Source of the DNA: an uncultured Bifidobacterium sp. | GTDB taxonomy: Bacteria; Verrucomicrobiota; Verrucomicrobiia; Limisphaerales; JADLHS01 | Length of the DNA: 64,000 nucleotides | NCBI GenBank assembly: GCA_964594985.1 | Contig: CAZQNQ010000003.1 | Span: 81,446-145,445, forward strand | Direction of reading: 5' to 3' | Shown here: in pieces, positions 36,722 through 46,400 of the stretch | Layout of the letters: every line of letters begins with the position of its first letter | Position numbering within the stretch: the stretch's first letter is position 1 | Position numbers and translations under genes: made by a program | Notes under the pieces: model-generated | What the model was told of the DNA's origin: nothing | Seen by the model: only the letters and a program-made list of their open reading frames with translations | Databases searched by the model: none

Positions 36722-38413
36722 CTAGCTCTTCGCTTTCATCTGCAAACGCAACACCACGTTCGTCCCGGTCGGCGTGCCGGGTTGAATATCGCAAGTGCCG
36801 CCGAGATCCGCCAGCCGCCGCTTCATATTGATGAGGCCATTGCCCACCCGGTCGCTGGACGGTTGAAAGCCACGCCCGTTGTCCTGGACGGAAATCGTCA
36901 ATGCTCCGGCCGTAAATTCCACGTTCAAGATCACCTCGGTGGCTTGCGCGTGCTTGATGACGTTATGCACCGCTTCTTTCACCGCCATCATGATGTTGTG
37001 CCGCGTCTGGCTCGACACCTGGATCTCCCGGGGCAAATCCGCCATGCGCAAGCGACACGGCAATTGCGCCTGTTCGCAGAGCCGATTGATCATCTGGCAG
37101 AGGTAATTCCCCAACGCGTCCAGGTTGTCGTTCTCGGGATTGACGGCCCAGACGGTTTCGTAGAGCGCGAAGACCAGCTCCCGGCTCATGTTGGAAATCC
37201 GGTCGAAGTCGGCGCCGGCAGTCTCGGAAATGTTTGGCTTCTTGCTGGCGAGCGCACTGGCGATCGAGATCTCCGTGACGCGCGCGCCAAAATCATCATG
37301 CAGATCCTGCGCGATGCGCACCCGTTCATTCTCCAGCACCCGCTCGTGTTTCAGGCGCACCATCTCCCGGCGCACCCGTTGCCAGACGATGTAACGCCAG
37401 GCCATCGCTGACACCAGGAACGTGACGGCGATCACCCCGCCCCAAAACCACGGCGTCCGCCAGAACAGCGGCGGCACGGAAATATTCAGCGCGGTGGTCG
37501 CCCCGACCGGATTTCCAAAAATATCCGCACCGGTGAGCTGAAACCGATACGCGCCCTCGGGCAGATTCTGATACTTGACCGACGTGAGATCGCTCACGCC
37601 GATGCTGAACGCTTCGTTCCACTCGATGAGCAATTGTTCGCCAGCATTCACCCTTGGCGCGGCCTCCATGATATTGTGCCACTCCGCATGACTGCCGGCG
37701 TCGTCATCCAAAATGGCGAACGCCTTCTGCGCCGGGCTGGGACCGATGGTGACGATGTTGGCCATGCTGGAGTGATTGCCGTCCCGCGTCCAACCGGCAG
37801 GCGAACGATTGTCGGCATCGCCGTCCTCGCGATCCAACGGAGTTTCCAGCAAGGTGACCGCCGGGGCATTGCTCGAAACCTTCGTCACCACCAGATTGGC
37901 CACCACATAAACCCCGACCGCGGCGGGCGGGCCCGCGGAAGAAATCACCACCCAGACGCGCGCCGCCTGCTCGGGCACGGTCAGCATCTGCCGCCGGTGG
38001 GTCAGCGGTGAATTCGCCAGCGAACCCGTCCAGCCCGCGCTCTCGCCATTGACGGGAAAATTCCGCTGGCTGATCTGATCCCCGGCGGCATTGTAGAAAC
38101 GCACCGCAAGAAACATGTCGCCGACCCCGTCGCGCCAGGCGGAATCCTGTCCCTCCAGCTTGTAACGGATGCGGAGCGGCCGGGGCACCGCATTGCTGCG
38201 CGGGCCGAAGGAGAAGATGATGTTCTCCGGCGTTGCGCCCAGATTCACCTCCCCATTGCGCCGCAACGAAACGGATTTCTCGTTGACGATCACCGCCCGG
38301 ATTTCGAGCGGGTCAGCAGGACTGCCGGGCTTTGATTGCGCGGCCAGCGGATTGATCGAAAGCACCAACGCCAGCCACGTCACCCATGCGGTGCTGAAAA
38401 TGTGTTGGCTCAT
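36722..38413 (-). CDS. sensor histidine kinase with two periplasmic Y_Y_Y/Ig-like modules (HisKA_3 + HATPase_c)
   Basis: 563 aa with a signal peptide. Motifs: LRIRYKLEGQDSAWRD and YQNLPEGAYRFQL; a TM segment; H-box RIAQDLHDDFGARVT; ATPase NVIKHAQA...QDNGRGF. Confidence 0.9.
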   Translation of the reverse strand: MSQHIFSTAWVTWLALVLSINPLAAQSKPGSPADPLEIRAVIVNEKSVSLRRNGEVNLGATPENIIFSFGPRSNAVPRPLRIRYKLEGQDSAWRDGVGDMFLAVRFYNAAGDQISQRNFPVNGESAGWTGSLANSPLTHRRQMLTVPEQAARVWVVISSAGPPAAVGVYVVANLVVTKVSSNAPAVTLLETPLDREDGDADNRSPAGWTRDGNHSSMANIVTIGPSPAQKAFAILDDDAGSHAEWHNIMEAAPRVNAGEQLLIEWNEAFSIGVSDLTSVKYQNLPEGAYRFQLTGADIFGNPVGATTALNISVPPLFWRTPWFWGGVIAVTFLVSAMAWRYIVWQRVRREMVRLKHERVLENERVRIAQDLHDDFGARVTEISIASALASKKPNISETAGADFDRISNMSRELVFALYETVWAVNPENDNLDALGNYLCQMINRLCEQAQLPCRLRMADLPREIQVSSQTRHNIMMAVKEAVHNVIKHAQATEVILNVEFTAGALTISVQDNGRGFQPSSDRVGNGLINMKRRLADLGGTCDIQPGTPTGTNVVLRLQMKAKS

Positions 38414-38489
38414 GGCATTTGTGCTACCGCAAAACTATCAGCCAGAAACCCGACCGCAACCACCCTTTGCATCCGCCCCTCCGGCGATC

Positions 38490-39920
38490 TCAATGCGCTT
38501 CGCCCCCGGCCGATTTCCGCCCGGCGCGATACCCGTAAATCCCATAGAACGCGATGTAGGCAAACGCCAGCATCGGCACGATGAACGAAATCTGGATGCC
38601 CCAGCGATCCGCCACCGCCCCTTGCAACGGTGGCAGCAGCGCCCCGCCCAGGATCGCCATCACGAGCAGCGACGACGCCTGGCTCTTCAGCGGCCCGAGC
38701 CCTTCGATGGCGAGCGAGAAGATGTTCGACCACATCACCGAGCAGAACATCCCGACCGCCAGCACCGCCCACTTGGCGGTTTCGCCCACGGTCGTCATGC
38801 CGGCCACGAGCAACAACAGGATGAGGCCGCTGAAGATGGCCAACATGCGTTGCGGGGTTGCGCCCCCCAGAAAGAACGCCACGAGCAGCACCAAGAGAAA
38901 CACGCCGTAGGAAAGCGCCTCCTTCCAGTTGGTGACGCCGGCAATCACCAGAAATGCCGCCACCGGCACCAACACCACCAGCGCATGCTTGAGCCAGCCG
39001 CGTAATTCACTCAAGGCAAACGCGCCCATGAAACGCCCGATCATCAAGCCGCCCCAATAGAAGGCCAGATACGGACTCGCCGCTTCGTGCGACAAGCCGC
39101 CCAGCTTCTCCGAACCGAGAAAGTTCACGATGGCGCTGCCCACCGCCACTTCACCGCCGACATACATGAAGATGGCAAGCATGCCCAACACCGTGTGCGG
39201 ATACTTCAGCGCCCCCGCGCCGCGCCCGATCTGGTCGGGATTGGTGAAGTTCGGCAGATGCGCAAATTTGAAGAACACCGCCAGCACCACGAACACTCCG
39301 GCGAAACACAGATACGGCAGCTTCACCGAGTCCGCCCCGTGCGCCCCCTCCCGCATGAATACTTTGAAGATCAGCCACCCGCCGATGATTGGACCGATGG
39401 TCGTGCCGAACGAGTTGAAGGCTTGCGAAAGATTCAACCGGCTCGAAGCCGTGCGTTCCGGACCGAGAATTGTGACGTACGGATTCGCGGCGATCTGGAG
39501 CATGGCGAACCCCAGCCCGACCGTGAACAGCGCCACGAGAAAGAACGGATACGAACTCATGACCGCCGCCGGATAAAACAACGCGCTGCCCCCCGCCGCG
39601 ATGAGCAGCCCGATGATGACGCCGTTCTTGTAGCCGATGCGGTTGATCGGGTCGCCCGAGATCATCGAGATGAAATAGTAGATCAGCGACCCGACCGCAT
39701 ACGCCCCAAAGAAGGCGAACTGCACCAGCATCGCCTGAAAATAGGTCAGCGTGAACGCCTCCTTGAAACGCGGGATCAGGAGATCGTTCCAGACCGTCAT
39801 GAAGCCCCACATGAAGAACAGCACGGTCATGATCGCGAACGGCCCGCGATACGTCTGGCCTTTCATAGCCGAAGTTGAGTTTGAAGTTGCAGTGGGAACT
39901 GCAGCGCCAAGAGTTGCCAT
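38490..39920 (-). CDS. MFS sugar transporter of the fucose/glucose/galactose:H+ symporter (FHS) family
   Basis: 476 aa. FFMWGFMTVWNDLLIPRFKEAFTLTYFQAMLVQFAFFGAY and ANPYVTILGPERTASSRLNLSQAFNSFG align closely with my recollection of FucP/GluP. Confidence 0.9.
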   Translation of the reverse strand: MATLGAAVPTATSNSTSAMKGQTYRGPFAIMTVLFFMWGFMTVWNDLLIPRFKEAFTLTYFQAMLVQFAFFGAYAVGSLIYYFISMISGDPINRIGYKNGVIIGLLIAAGGSALFYPAAVMSSYPFFLVALFTVGLGFAMLQIAANPYVTILGPERTASSRLNLSQAFNSFGTTIGPIIGGWLIFKVFMREGAHGADSVKLPYLCFAGVFVVLAVFFKFAHLPNFTNPDQIGRGAGALKYPHTVLGMLAIFMYVGGEVAVGSAIVNFLGSEKLGGLSHEAASPYLAFYWGGLMIGRFMGAFALSELRGWLKHALVVLVPVAAFLVIAGVTNWKEALSYGVFLLVLLVAFFLGGATPQRMLAIFSGLILLLLVAGMTTVGETAKWAVLAVGMFCSVMWSNIFSLAIEGLGPLKSQASSLLVMAILGGALLPPLQGAVADRWGIQISFIVPMLAFAYIAFYGIYGYRAGRKSAGGEAH

Positions 39921-39949
39921 AGGGTTTTGGTGAGAGAATGTCCGCTAAA

Positions 39950-41291
39950 TCAACTGAGCTTCCACGGGCCGCGATATTGATGCGCCAACAACTTGCTGGC
40001 ATCCGCGTCGCCAAGAATGACTTCCTGCTGCGCATCCCACTTGACCTTGCGACCGGTCAGCATCGCAATGAGGCCGAGATGACCAGGAATCGCCGAATGG
40101 TGCGCCACCTCGATGGGCGTGATGGTCGGTTTGCGAGACTTCACGCAATCGAGGAAGTTTCCGAAATGATCCCGCGACTCGTACAATTTCACCTTCCGTA
40201 AATTCTCCGGCAGACTGCGGGCGTCTTCCAACTCCGACTTCGACGATTCAAAGGCATTGTTGCGATCCACCCAAACCCAGCCGTCCGTCCCGATCCATTT
40301 CGTGCCGCCTCGAATATCGTTATGCCCGCCTGCGATGACCATCTCGATGTCATTCGGATACTTCGCCGTGAGCCGATACTTCGTGCAGGTGTTCCAGACC
40401 GCGTCCTTGGGCGGGAACTCCCCCTGCCCCTCGATTTCCAATGGCCCGCTGTTGTCGCAATCCATGCCCCAATGTGCGATGTCACAATGATGCCCGACCC
40501 AGTCCAAGAGTTGCCCGCCGCCGGTGTTGTAATTCCAACGCCAGTTCTTGTGCGATCGCGCTTCGATGTAGGGCAGCTTTTCCGCCGGGCCGATCCAGAA
40601 ATCATAATCCAGTTCCGCGGGCGGCGGGGTGATCGCCGTCTTGTCCTTGGTGTTGGCGAAATCCGCGTGTCCCGCAGGCAGCCCAACTTCAACACGTTTG
40701 ATTTTCCCGATGAGTCCGTTGCGTACAACCTCCGCCGCGTAGTGGAAATGCTTTTCCGACCGCTGCCACGAACCCGTCTGCCAGATGCGCTGGTGTTGTT
40801 GCACGGCTTTGACCATCGCCTGCTGTTCCGCGATGGAATGCGCCAGGGGTTTTTCGCCGAAGATGTCCTTGCCCTGCCGCGCGGCTTCGATTGCCGTCAA
40901 CGCGTGCCAATGATCCGGCGTCGCGATCATCACCGCATCAATGTCCGGTCGCGCCAGCAACTCGCGATAATCATGATACGCCTTGCAGTCCTGATTCTTG
41001 TAGCGGCCATTGACGGTATTGACCGCCGCGTTCAAATGATTTTGATCGAGATCGCATACCGCCACGACCTGACAGGCTTTGTTGCCGAGGAAATTTCCCA
41101 TGTTACCGCCGCCCTGCCAACCTACCCCGATCATGCCCATGACGATGCGGTCCGAAGGCGCGGGCCGCTGGTCCTGCCCGAACGCGCGGCTGGTCAGAAT
41201 CGTCGGGGCGGCCAGGGCCGCGAGCGCGGTGGTGGAAAGAAATTCGCGGCGGGAGAACCGGGAGAAAGCTCGTTTCGATTTCATACGCATG
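39950..41291 (-). CDS. Gfo/Idh/MocA-family oxidoreductase with TAT signal
   Basis: The likely start is MRMKSKRAFSRFSRREFLSTTALAALAAP at 41291 (the track start is 41428). Rossmann motif MGMIGVGWQG. The region from 41338 upward is repeat-rich noncoding sequence. Confidence 0.85.
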
Positions 41292-41337
41292 GATTGCTTT
41301 GAACCGCAATCATGCGGGAAAACCGCCGCCGCCAAAC

Positions 41338-41355
41338 ATCCCCGAAAGCGGGGAG
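41338..41355 (-). promoter_or_regulatory. conserved hairpin motif ATCCCCGAAAGCGGGGA, copy A
   Basis: Stem TCCCCG/CGGGGA, loop AAAG. It lies about 47-64 nt upstream of the oxidoreductase start at 41291. The gene string oxidoreductase, MFS, kinase, regulator follows on that strand. Confidence 0.6.
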
Positions 41356-41564
41356 AGGAGTTTGCTTCAACTTTGCCCGGGACCTCACCTGCTGAGGCTT
41401 GCGGAATTGAGTGATCGGGGCGCGGCATTTATGCCGCTTCCACGCCCGGACCGGCTGGACGTTGGGAAACTACGGCGGGCTTGAACATTTCGCACGGTGA
41501 AGCGGGCTGAAGCCCGCGCTCCTTCGCCGTTGGTACCTTTCACGCAATTTCGCAAGGAGCAGTA

Positions 41565-41678
41565 GAGCGGTTTAAGTTTTGCCGTAGCCGCCGACGTGAG
41601 GAGGCGGACGCAATTCAGCCTGATATATCGAACCGCCTCCTCACGTCGGCGGCTACAGTTTTTAGGAAACCGCTCTAG
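41565..41678. repeat. about 110-nt palindromic element abutting the stop of the 479-aa gene
   Basis: Perfect 24-bp arms GTAGCCGCCGACGTGAGGAGGCGG / CCGCCTCCTCACGTCGGCGGCTAC, plus outer arms AGAGCGGTTT / AAACCGCTCT. Further small hairpins lie at 41422..41437 and about 41500..41525. Confidence 0.85.
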
Positions 41679-43114
41679 TTCCGCACCGCCGTCGGCGGCA
41701 GCGCCGCCCGCGCGCCGCCTTCGTTCAAATAGCTCTCCACCGTGTAGGATTGCCCGCGCAACATCCGCGCCGCCTGCCCGACCAGCTTGAGATAGTAGTC
41801 GCTCGGCAATCCCTCGTAATCCACGAACCGCGACGCCCCCACCGGCGGACTGTCGGTGCATTTGAAGATCGCCGTGCCCTCGTCCACCTCGTCGAACATC
41901 GCCTGATAAACCATCGTCGCGCCGGCCTTCTTGGCTTGGGCGAATTGCGTCCAGAGAAACCGGCCTTTCAGGCGCGGGACCTGGTTCAGCGGAAACTTGG
42001 GATACATGTTGTGCCAACTGAACCCCGGGAACACGACCGGCAAGAATTCCTTGTTCCGTTCCTGACACCATTGGATGTCGGGCTTCATCGTCTTCTCCGC
42101 GTAATTCACCACCTGCTCGGGATTGATATAGCGCCCGACGGTCCACGGACTGACGATGTCGGCTTTGAGAATGATCTCGTGCAGCGTCTGGTCGTTGAGC
42201 GCATCCTGATTCAGCGTGCGCCAATACGTCGGCACGCCGAGCATGACGGTGTTGCCGCCATACTTGGGATCGTCTTTCAGGAACTTCACCAGTTCCAGGC
42301 CCTCGGCGAGCGTGTATTTCCGGCCATCGTTGAAACCCAAACCCCAGACCGTGACGACCGGTTTGCCGCCGTGATGCAAATAGGCCGGGTCTTTGGTGAT
42401 CTGCATCCGGTCCACGAGCAGCTTCCAATCGTCCAGCACGCGCTGCATCTGGCCGGTGCCCAAGCCGGACAAGTCATACATCACGGCGTAGGTGCGACCG
42501 TAAAGATTCGCGCCCTCGCGACAATGATTCAGCACCACATTGACGTGGCGATAACCCTTCGGGTCGTTCGGCGAGTTGATGAAGCGTTGCACGAACACGC
42601 CGTCGAGACCGTAATCCTGCATCCACTTGAAATGCCGCAACACGGTCTTGCGATTGAACGAGCTGAAAACTTCCGCCTGGCGACCATCGGCGTGAACGAA
42701 CGGCGTGGCGACCCGTTCGTCAGCCTCGAGTTCGCTGACATCCGGCCAGAGATCAATCTTACACGCACCCGGTTCAAAGCGCCCGCGTGAACTCCAATGC
42801 ACCCAGCCGCGCCCCGCGCCGTCGGCGGGCGTCGCGAACCAGCCTTGATAGCCGCTCATCACTTTGCCGGTGAGCGTTTTGGTGTCCACGCCAGAATTGC
42901 TGACGCCGGCGAACGGACGCATCGTCCGTTCGATCACTGCCTGCCGGTCCATTGTGTTCGGGTCGCCCCAGTCTTCAACCGCGGCGCTGACCGGCACGGG
43001 TGAAACGACCGGTGATTTATCATCCGCCAGACTGGAACGCGCCGCCAGCACCGAACCAACGAACATGGAGACGGTCGCAAACCGACTCCGCATGATGCGT
43101 TGCCAGACCGGCAC
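41675..43114 (-). CDS. secreted putative glycoside hydrolase of an unassigned family (GYQGWF ... FDEVDEGT)
   Basis: 479 aa with a signal peptide (the alternative start MRSRFATV is at 43093). Blocks GKVMSGYQGWF, WVHW, DLWPD, RHFKWMQDYGLDGVFVQRF, GKPVVTVWGL, PGFSW and MFDEVDEGTAI are all shared with residues about 290-690 of 51053..53977. Confidence 0.65.
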   Translation of the reverse strand: MPVWQRIMRSRFATVSMFVGSVLAARSSLADDKSPVVSPVPVSAAVEDWGDPNTMDRQAVIERTMRPFAGVSNSGVDTKTLTGKVMSGYQGWFATPADGAGRGWVHWSSRGRFEPGACKIDLWPDVSELEADERVATPFVHADGRQAEVFSSFNRKTVLRHFKWMQDYGLDGVFVQRFINSPNDPKGYRHVNVVLNHCREGANLYGRTYAVMYDLSGLGTGQMQRVLDDWKLLVDRMQITKDPAYLHHGGKPVVTVWGLGFNDGRKYTLAEGLELVKFLKDDPKYGGNTVMLGVPTYWRTLNQDALNDQTLHEIILKADIVSPWTVGRYINPEQVVNYAEKTMKPDIQWCQERNKEFLPVVFPGFSWHNMYPKFPLNQVPRLKGRFLWTQFAQAKKAGATMVYQAMFDEVDEGTAIFKCTDSPPVGASRFVDYEGLPSDYYLKLVGQAARMLRGQSYTVESYLNEGGARAALPPTAVRN

Positions 43115-43142
43115 GGATGTGATCGCTCGTTTCAGTGGCTTC

Positions 43143-45422
43143 CTAGTTGCGTTGGCTCGCCGTTAATTTCTCCCCTGCGCCCAGCGTGTGAGGATCGAGC
43201 GTCAGACTCGACGGCGGCAGGTCCGCCGCCTCGCGACCGAGTTTCAGATTGGGCGTGGCAGACATGTCCGCCGTGATCGTCAGCCCCTTGAGCACGTCCT
43301 CGTGACGGAACCAAACCTTGCTTTGCGCCTGCCCGTTCAATTTCAAGCTGCCGATGTATTTGTTGTCCCGCGATGTGTTCTTCGCCACGAGCCGCAATTT
43401 TTTGCCGTTGGAAAGTTGAATCGTCACTTTCTCGAACACCGGGCTGCCCATCTCGTAAACCGGCACGCCGGGCACGACCGGATAAAAGCCCATCATCGAA
43501 AACACCACGAAGGCCGACATGCCGCCGCCATCTTCGTCGCCGGGGATACCGAGCAACGTGTCCGTGAACCACGCCTCCAAAAGCTGGCGGATGCGCTTCT
43601 GCGTCTTCCACGGCGCGCCGAGATGATTATAGAGGTACGGCGTCGCGAGGCTGGGTTCGTTGCCCATCGAGTATTGCCCGACCATGCCGGTGGAATCCGG
43701 GAACACCGCGAAGAACTCATACTTGGAGCGACCGAGTTCGGCGCGGAACAACTCGTCGAGTTTTGTTTCCGCCGCCGACTTGCCGCCCATCAACTCCACC
43801 AGCCCCTGAACGTCATGTTGCACGTCCCAGTTGTACGTGTAGGCATTGTTCTCCGTGGTGTAGGCCCGCCCGCCCATGCCGCCCGCAAACTTGGGATCAA
43901 ACGGCTCGATCCATTTTCCCTCGGAATCCTTCGGCCACATGAAACCTTTGTCCGCGCGATAAAGATTCTTGTAGTTCGCGGCGCGTTTCAGAAAAAGATC
44001 GCGATCAGCGTCCTTGCCAAGCGCGCGAGCGAGCTGGGCGATGCACCAATCGTCGTAGCTGTTCTCCAAAGTGACCGCGACCGACTGCCGTCGCTCGAAG
44101 GAATGCACTTCGGCGACGGTTTCCTTTTCATCGGGCCGTAACGCCGGCAGGAAGCCGTGTTCGTTGTAGAAATCATCCAGCGACGTCTTCGGCCCGTTGC
44201 GCCACGGCAACAGCGTGCCTTCGAGAGAATTTTTGCGCAGCCCTTCGTAGGCCTTGGCGAGATCGAAACCCTGCACGCCCTTGAACCACGCGTCCGCCAG
44301 CCACGCGACGACGTGATTGCCGGTCATGCACGCGTGATCGCCCCAGAGCACGGCGAAGGACGGCATCCAGCCGGACTGCTCATACATGCGGACGTAGGAT
44401 TGGATCTTGTCGGCCTGCTGTTTGGGATTGAGCAAGGTCTGGAGCGGTTCGAGCGCGCGGTACGTGTCCCAGATCCAGTTGTCCACGTAGAACGGGCGCG
44501 CGTCCTGATGCACCTGATGATCGAACGCGCTGTAGTATTGGCCGTCCTCGGAAATGTTCACCATGCGCTCGTAACTGCGATACAGCGCGGTGTAGAACAC
44601 CCGCTTCTGCGCCAGCGTGCCGCCTTCGACCTGAATCTGTCCGAGCGTACGATTCCAGATCGCGCGCGCCTGGGCCTTGGTCTTCTCAAAATTCCAGCCG
44701 GCGATCTCCTGGCGCAGATTCTTCCGCGCCTGTTCGACGCTGATGAACGAGATGCCATAGCGGAATTCCAGCGTCGCCGCCGGATTGCTGGCCGTGACCG
44801 CCAGCCGCGTTTTGTCTCCCGCCACACTACGCGCCACGCTGACCGGCGCGCTGAATTCGCCGTAAACGAACGCCTGCATCCCGTTGAACTTCTCCACGCC
44901 GGAAATTGTAATCCCATCCTGCACGGTCAGGTCCCCGCCTTGGCGATTTGCCAGCAAGACGACCGGATTGCTTGAAGGAAACTTGAACCGGAAATAGCCG
45001 CAGCGTTCCGTCGGCGTGAACTCGATCTGGATCAAGGAATCATCCAGTCGCGCCGCGTAGTAGTACGGCGTGAGTTGTTCCTGATCGTAAGCCGCCCGCT
45101 GCTGCCAGGCGGCGGCGTTGGGCGCACCGGCGTTCGGCATCAGCCAGAACAGTTCGCCCAAACGATGCGAAATGATCGTCAGCGGGAACGATTGAATCTG
45201 GTCGTCAAGCGCGTCGCGGCGCACCGGATACACGCGCACCATGCTGTTTGGCAGCGACACCGTGGGTTTGGTCGGCTCGAGCAAATGCCCCACGCCGCCG
45301 ATGGCCGGGTCAACATACTCAACCTGGGCCGGCACTGATTGCTGCAGGGCAATGGCCGCCAGCAACCAACAGGAATGAACGCGAAGGCGGTGTCGCAGAC
45401 CAGTGGGCAAGAGATGTCTCAT
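43143..45422 (-). CDS. GH92 alpha-mannosidase
   Basis: 759 aa with a signal peptide. The C-terminal block is GNEPSLATPYLYNHLGAPWKTQKRIRQLL...GIPGDEDGGGMSAFVVFSMMGFYPVVPG...YEMGSPVF, which is characteristic of GH92. Confidence 0.9.
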   Translation of the reverse strand: MRHLLPTGLRHRLRVHSCWLLAAIALQQSVPAQVEYVDPAIGGVGHLLEPTKPTVSLPNSMVRVYPVRRDALDDQIQSFPLTIISHRLGELFWLMPNAGAPNAAAWQQRAAYDQEQLTPYYYAARLDDSLIQIEFTPTERCGYFRFKFPSSNPVVLLANRQGGDLTVQDGITISGVEKFNGMQAFVYGEFSAPVSVARSVAGDKTRLAVTASNPAATLEFRYGISFISVEQARKNLRQEIAGWNFEKTKAQARAIWNRTLGQIQVEGGTLAQKRVFYTALYRSYERMVNISEDGQYYSAFDHQVHQDARPFYVDNWIWDTYRALEPLQTLLNPKQQADKIQSYVRMYEQSGWMPSFAVLWGDHACMTGNHVVAWLADAWFKGVQGFDLAKAYEGLRKNSLEGTLLPWRNGPKTSLDDFYNEHGFLPALRPDEKETVAEVHSFERRQSVAVTLENSYDDWCIAQLARALGKDADRDLFLKRAANYKNLYRADKGFMWPKDSEGKWIEPFDPKFAGGMGGRAYTTENNAYTYNWDVQHDVQGLVELMGGKSAAETKLDELFRAELGRSKYEFFAVFPDSTGMVGQYSMGNEPSLATPYLYNHLGAPWKTQKRIRQLLEAWFTDTLLGIPGDEDGGGMSAFVVFSMMGFYPVVPGVPVYEMGSPVFEKVTIQLSNGKKLRLVAKNTSRDNKYIGSLKLNGQAQSKVWFRHEDVLKGLTITADMSATPNLKLGREAADLPPSSLTLDPHTLGAGEKLTASQRN

Positions 45423-45471
45423 GAATCTAATCGGGTAAGAATGTTTTTTGGAAAGCGGCCGCCGCCCGGCC

Positions 45472-46329
45472 TCAATTCCAGGGATAAGTAGCGCGCTGTT
45501 TCAACCAGTTGTAATCCGCGCCGCCATCCAGCGTCGGCGGCCCGATGCCCGTCACCTTGCGCCCCAGGATGCCCGGGTCTTTCCACTTTTTGATCTCGGC
45601 GTGGCCGTCGGAAAACGAAAGGCCGCCCGCATTATTGTGATAGGTTGCGGGCGAATCCGTCCAGCCATTATCCCAGGGCCGCGTGATGAAAAAACCGTCA
45701 TTGATTGTCGCCGGGTTCTCGTCAATGAACACCCAGGTGTCCGACGAGCGTTGGATGTTGGATTGCTTGCGATAAACCGTCCCGGCCGGAAGCGGATTTG
45801 GACCGATCGAGGAAGTGGCATCCGGATTCATCCAGGAATTCATGGCCATGCTGCGCACGCGCGGCAACCCGCCGCCGCCGTAAGGATAGACCGCCGACCC
45901 GTTTGCTTCGGCAGTCGAGATGTCTGTCGGGCAGCGATACACGCCGACATTCCCCACGAACGGAAACAACGCGGAATCCTGGATCAAAAGCTGGCTGGTG
46001 GCCCCCACCCCGGGAGCTTGAGCCATCGTCCCCATGCACCACTGCTGGTTGAAGCCGTAATTTTTTGAAGCTATCACGTTGTTCAGAACGGCACCATCCT
46101 TGCAATTGACCAACATGTCATTGTTATCGCCGGCATAGGTGGCCCACCCGAGCATGAGCTGCTTCAAATTATTTACACAGTGGATGCCTTGCGCCTTGGC
46201 CTTGGCCTTGCTCAAAGCGGGCAGGAGCATTGCCGCCAGAATGGCAATGATGGCGATGACCACCAGCAGTTCAATCAAGGTAAACCCGGCGCGGCGCGCA
46301 TGCCGCCGGGAATTGGACGTGTTGGACAT
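45472..46329 (-). CDS. prepilin-type N-terminal cleavage/methylation protein with H-X9-DG motif (third copy)
   Basis: The likely start is [15 protein letters not shown]|[24 protein letters not shown] at 46329; the track start at 46404 reads through the hairpin motif. C-terminal [19 protein letters not shown]. Confidence 0.9.
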   Translation of the reverse strand: MSNTSNSRRHARRAGFTLIELLVVIAIIAILAAMLLPALSKAKAKAQGIHCVNNLKQLMLGWATYAGDNNDMLVNCKDGAVLNNVIASKNYGFNQQWCMGTMAQAPGVGATSQLLIQDSALFPFVGNVGVYRCPTDISTAEANGSAVYPYGGGGLPRVRSMAMNSWMNPDATSSIGPNPLPAGTVYRKQSNIQRSSDTWVFIDENPATINDGFFITRPWDNGWTDSPATYHNNAGGLSFSDGHAEIKKWKDPGILGRKVTGIGPPTLDGGADYNWLKQRATYPWN

Positions 46330-46363
46330 GGTGTTAACGTAGTTTTTGGCCGTGTCCACCGGT

Positions 46364-46380
46364 ATCCCCGAAAGCGGGGA
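46364..46380 (-). promoter_or_regulatory. conserved hairpin motif ATCCCCGAAAGCGGGGA, copy B
   Basis: It lies in the 71-nt gap between the stop of the 1523-aa gene (46401) and the pseudopilin start (46329). Confidence 0.6.
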
Positions 46381-46400
46381 GAGTCGCGCGCCGCCGGTGA

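Noticed and set aside
41385-42428. 347-aa minus-strand ORF overlapping the 479-aa gene in another frame, and comparable same-strand alternates (34041..35141, 39151..40035, 7885..8808)
   Set aside because: They are out-of-frame overlaps with motif-bearing genes. Composition is Arg/Gly-rich and there is no signal peptide or motif.
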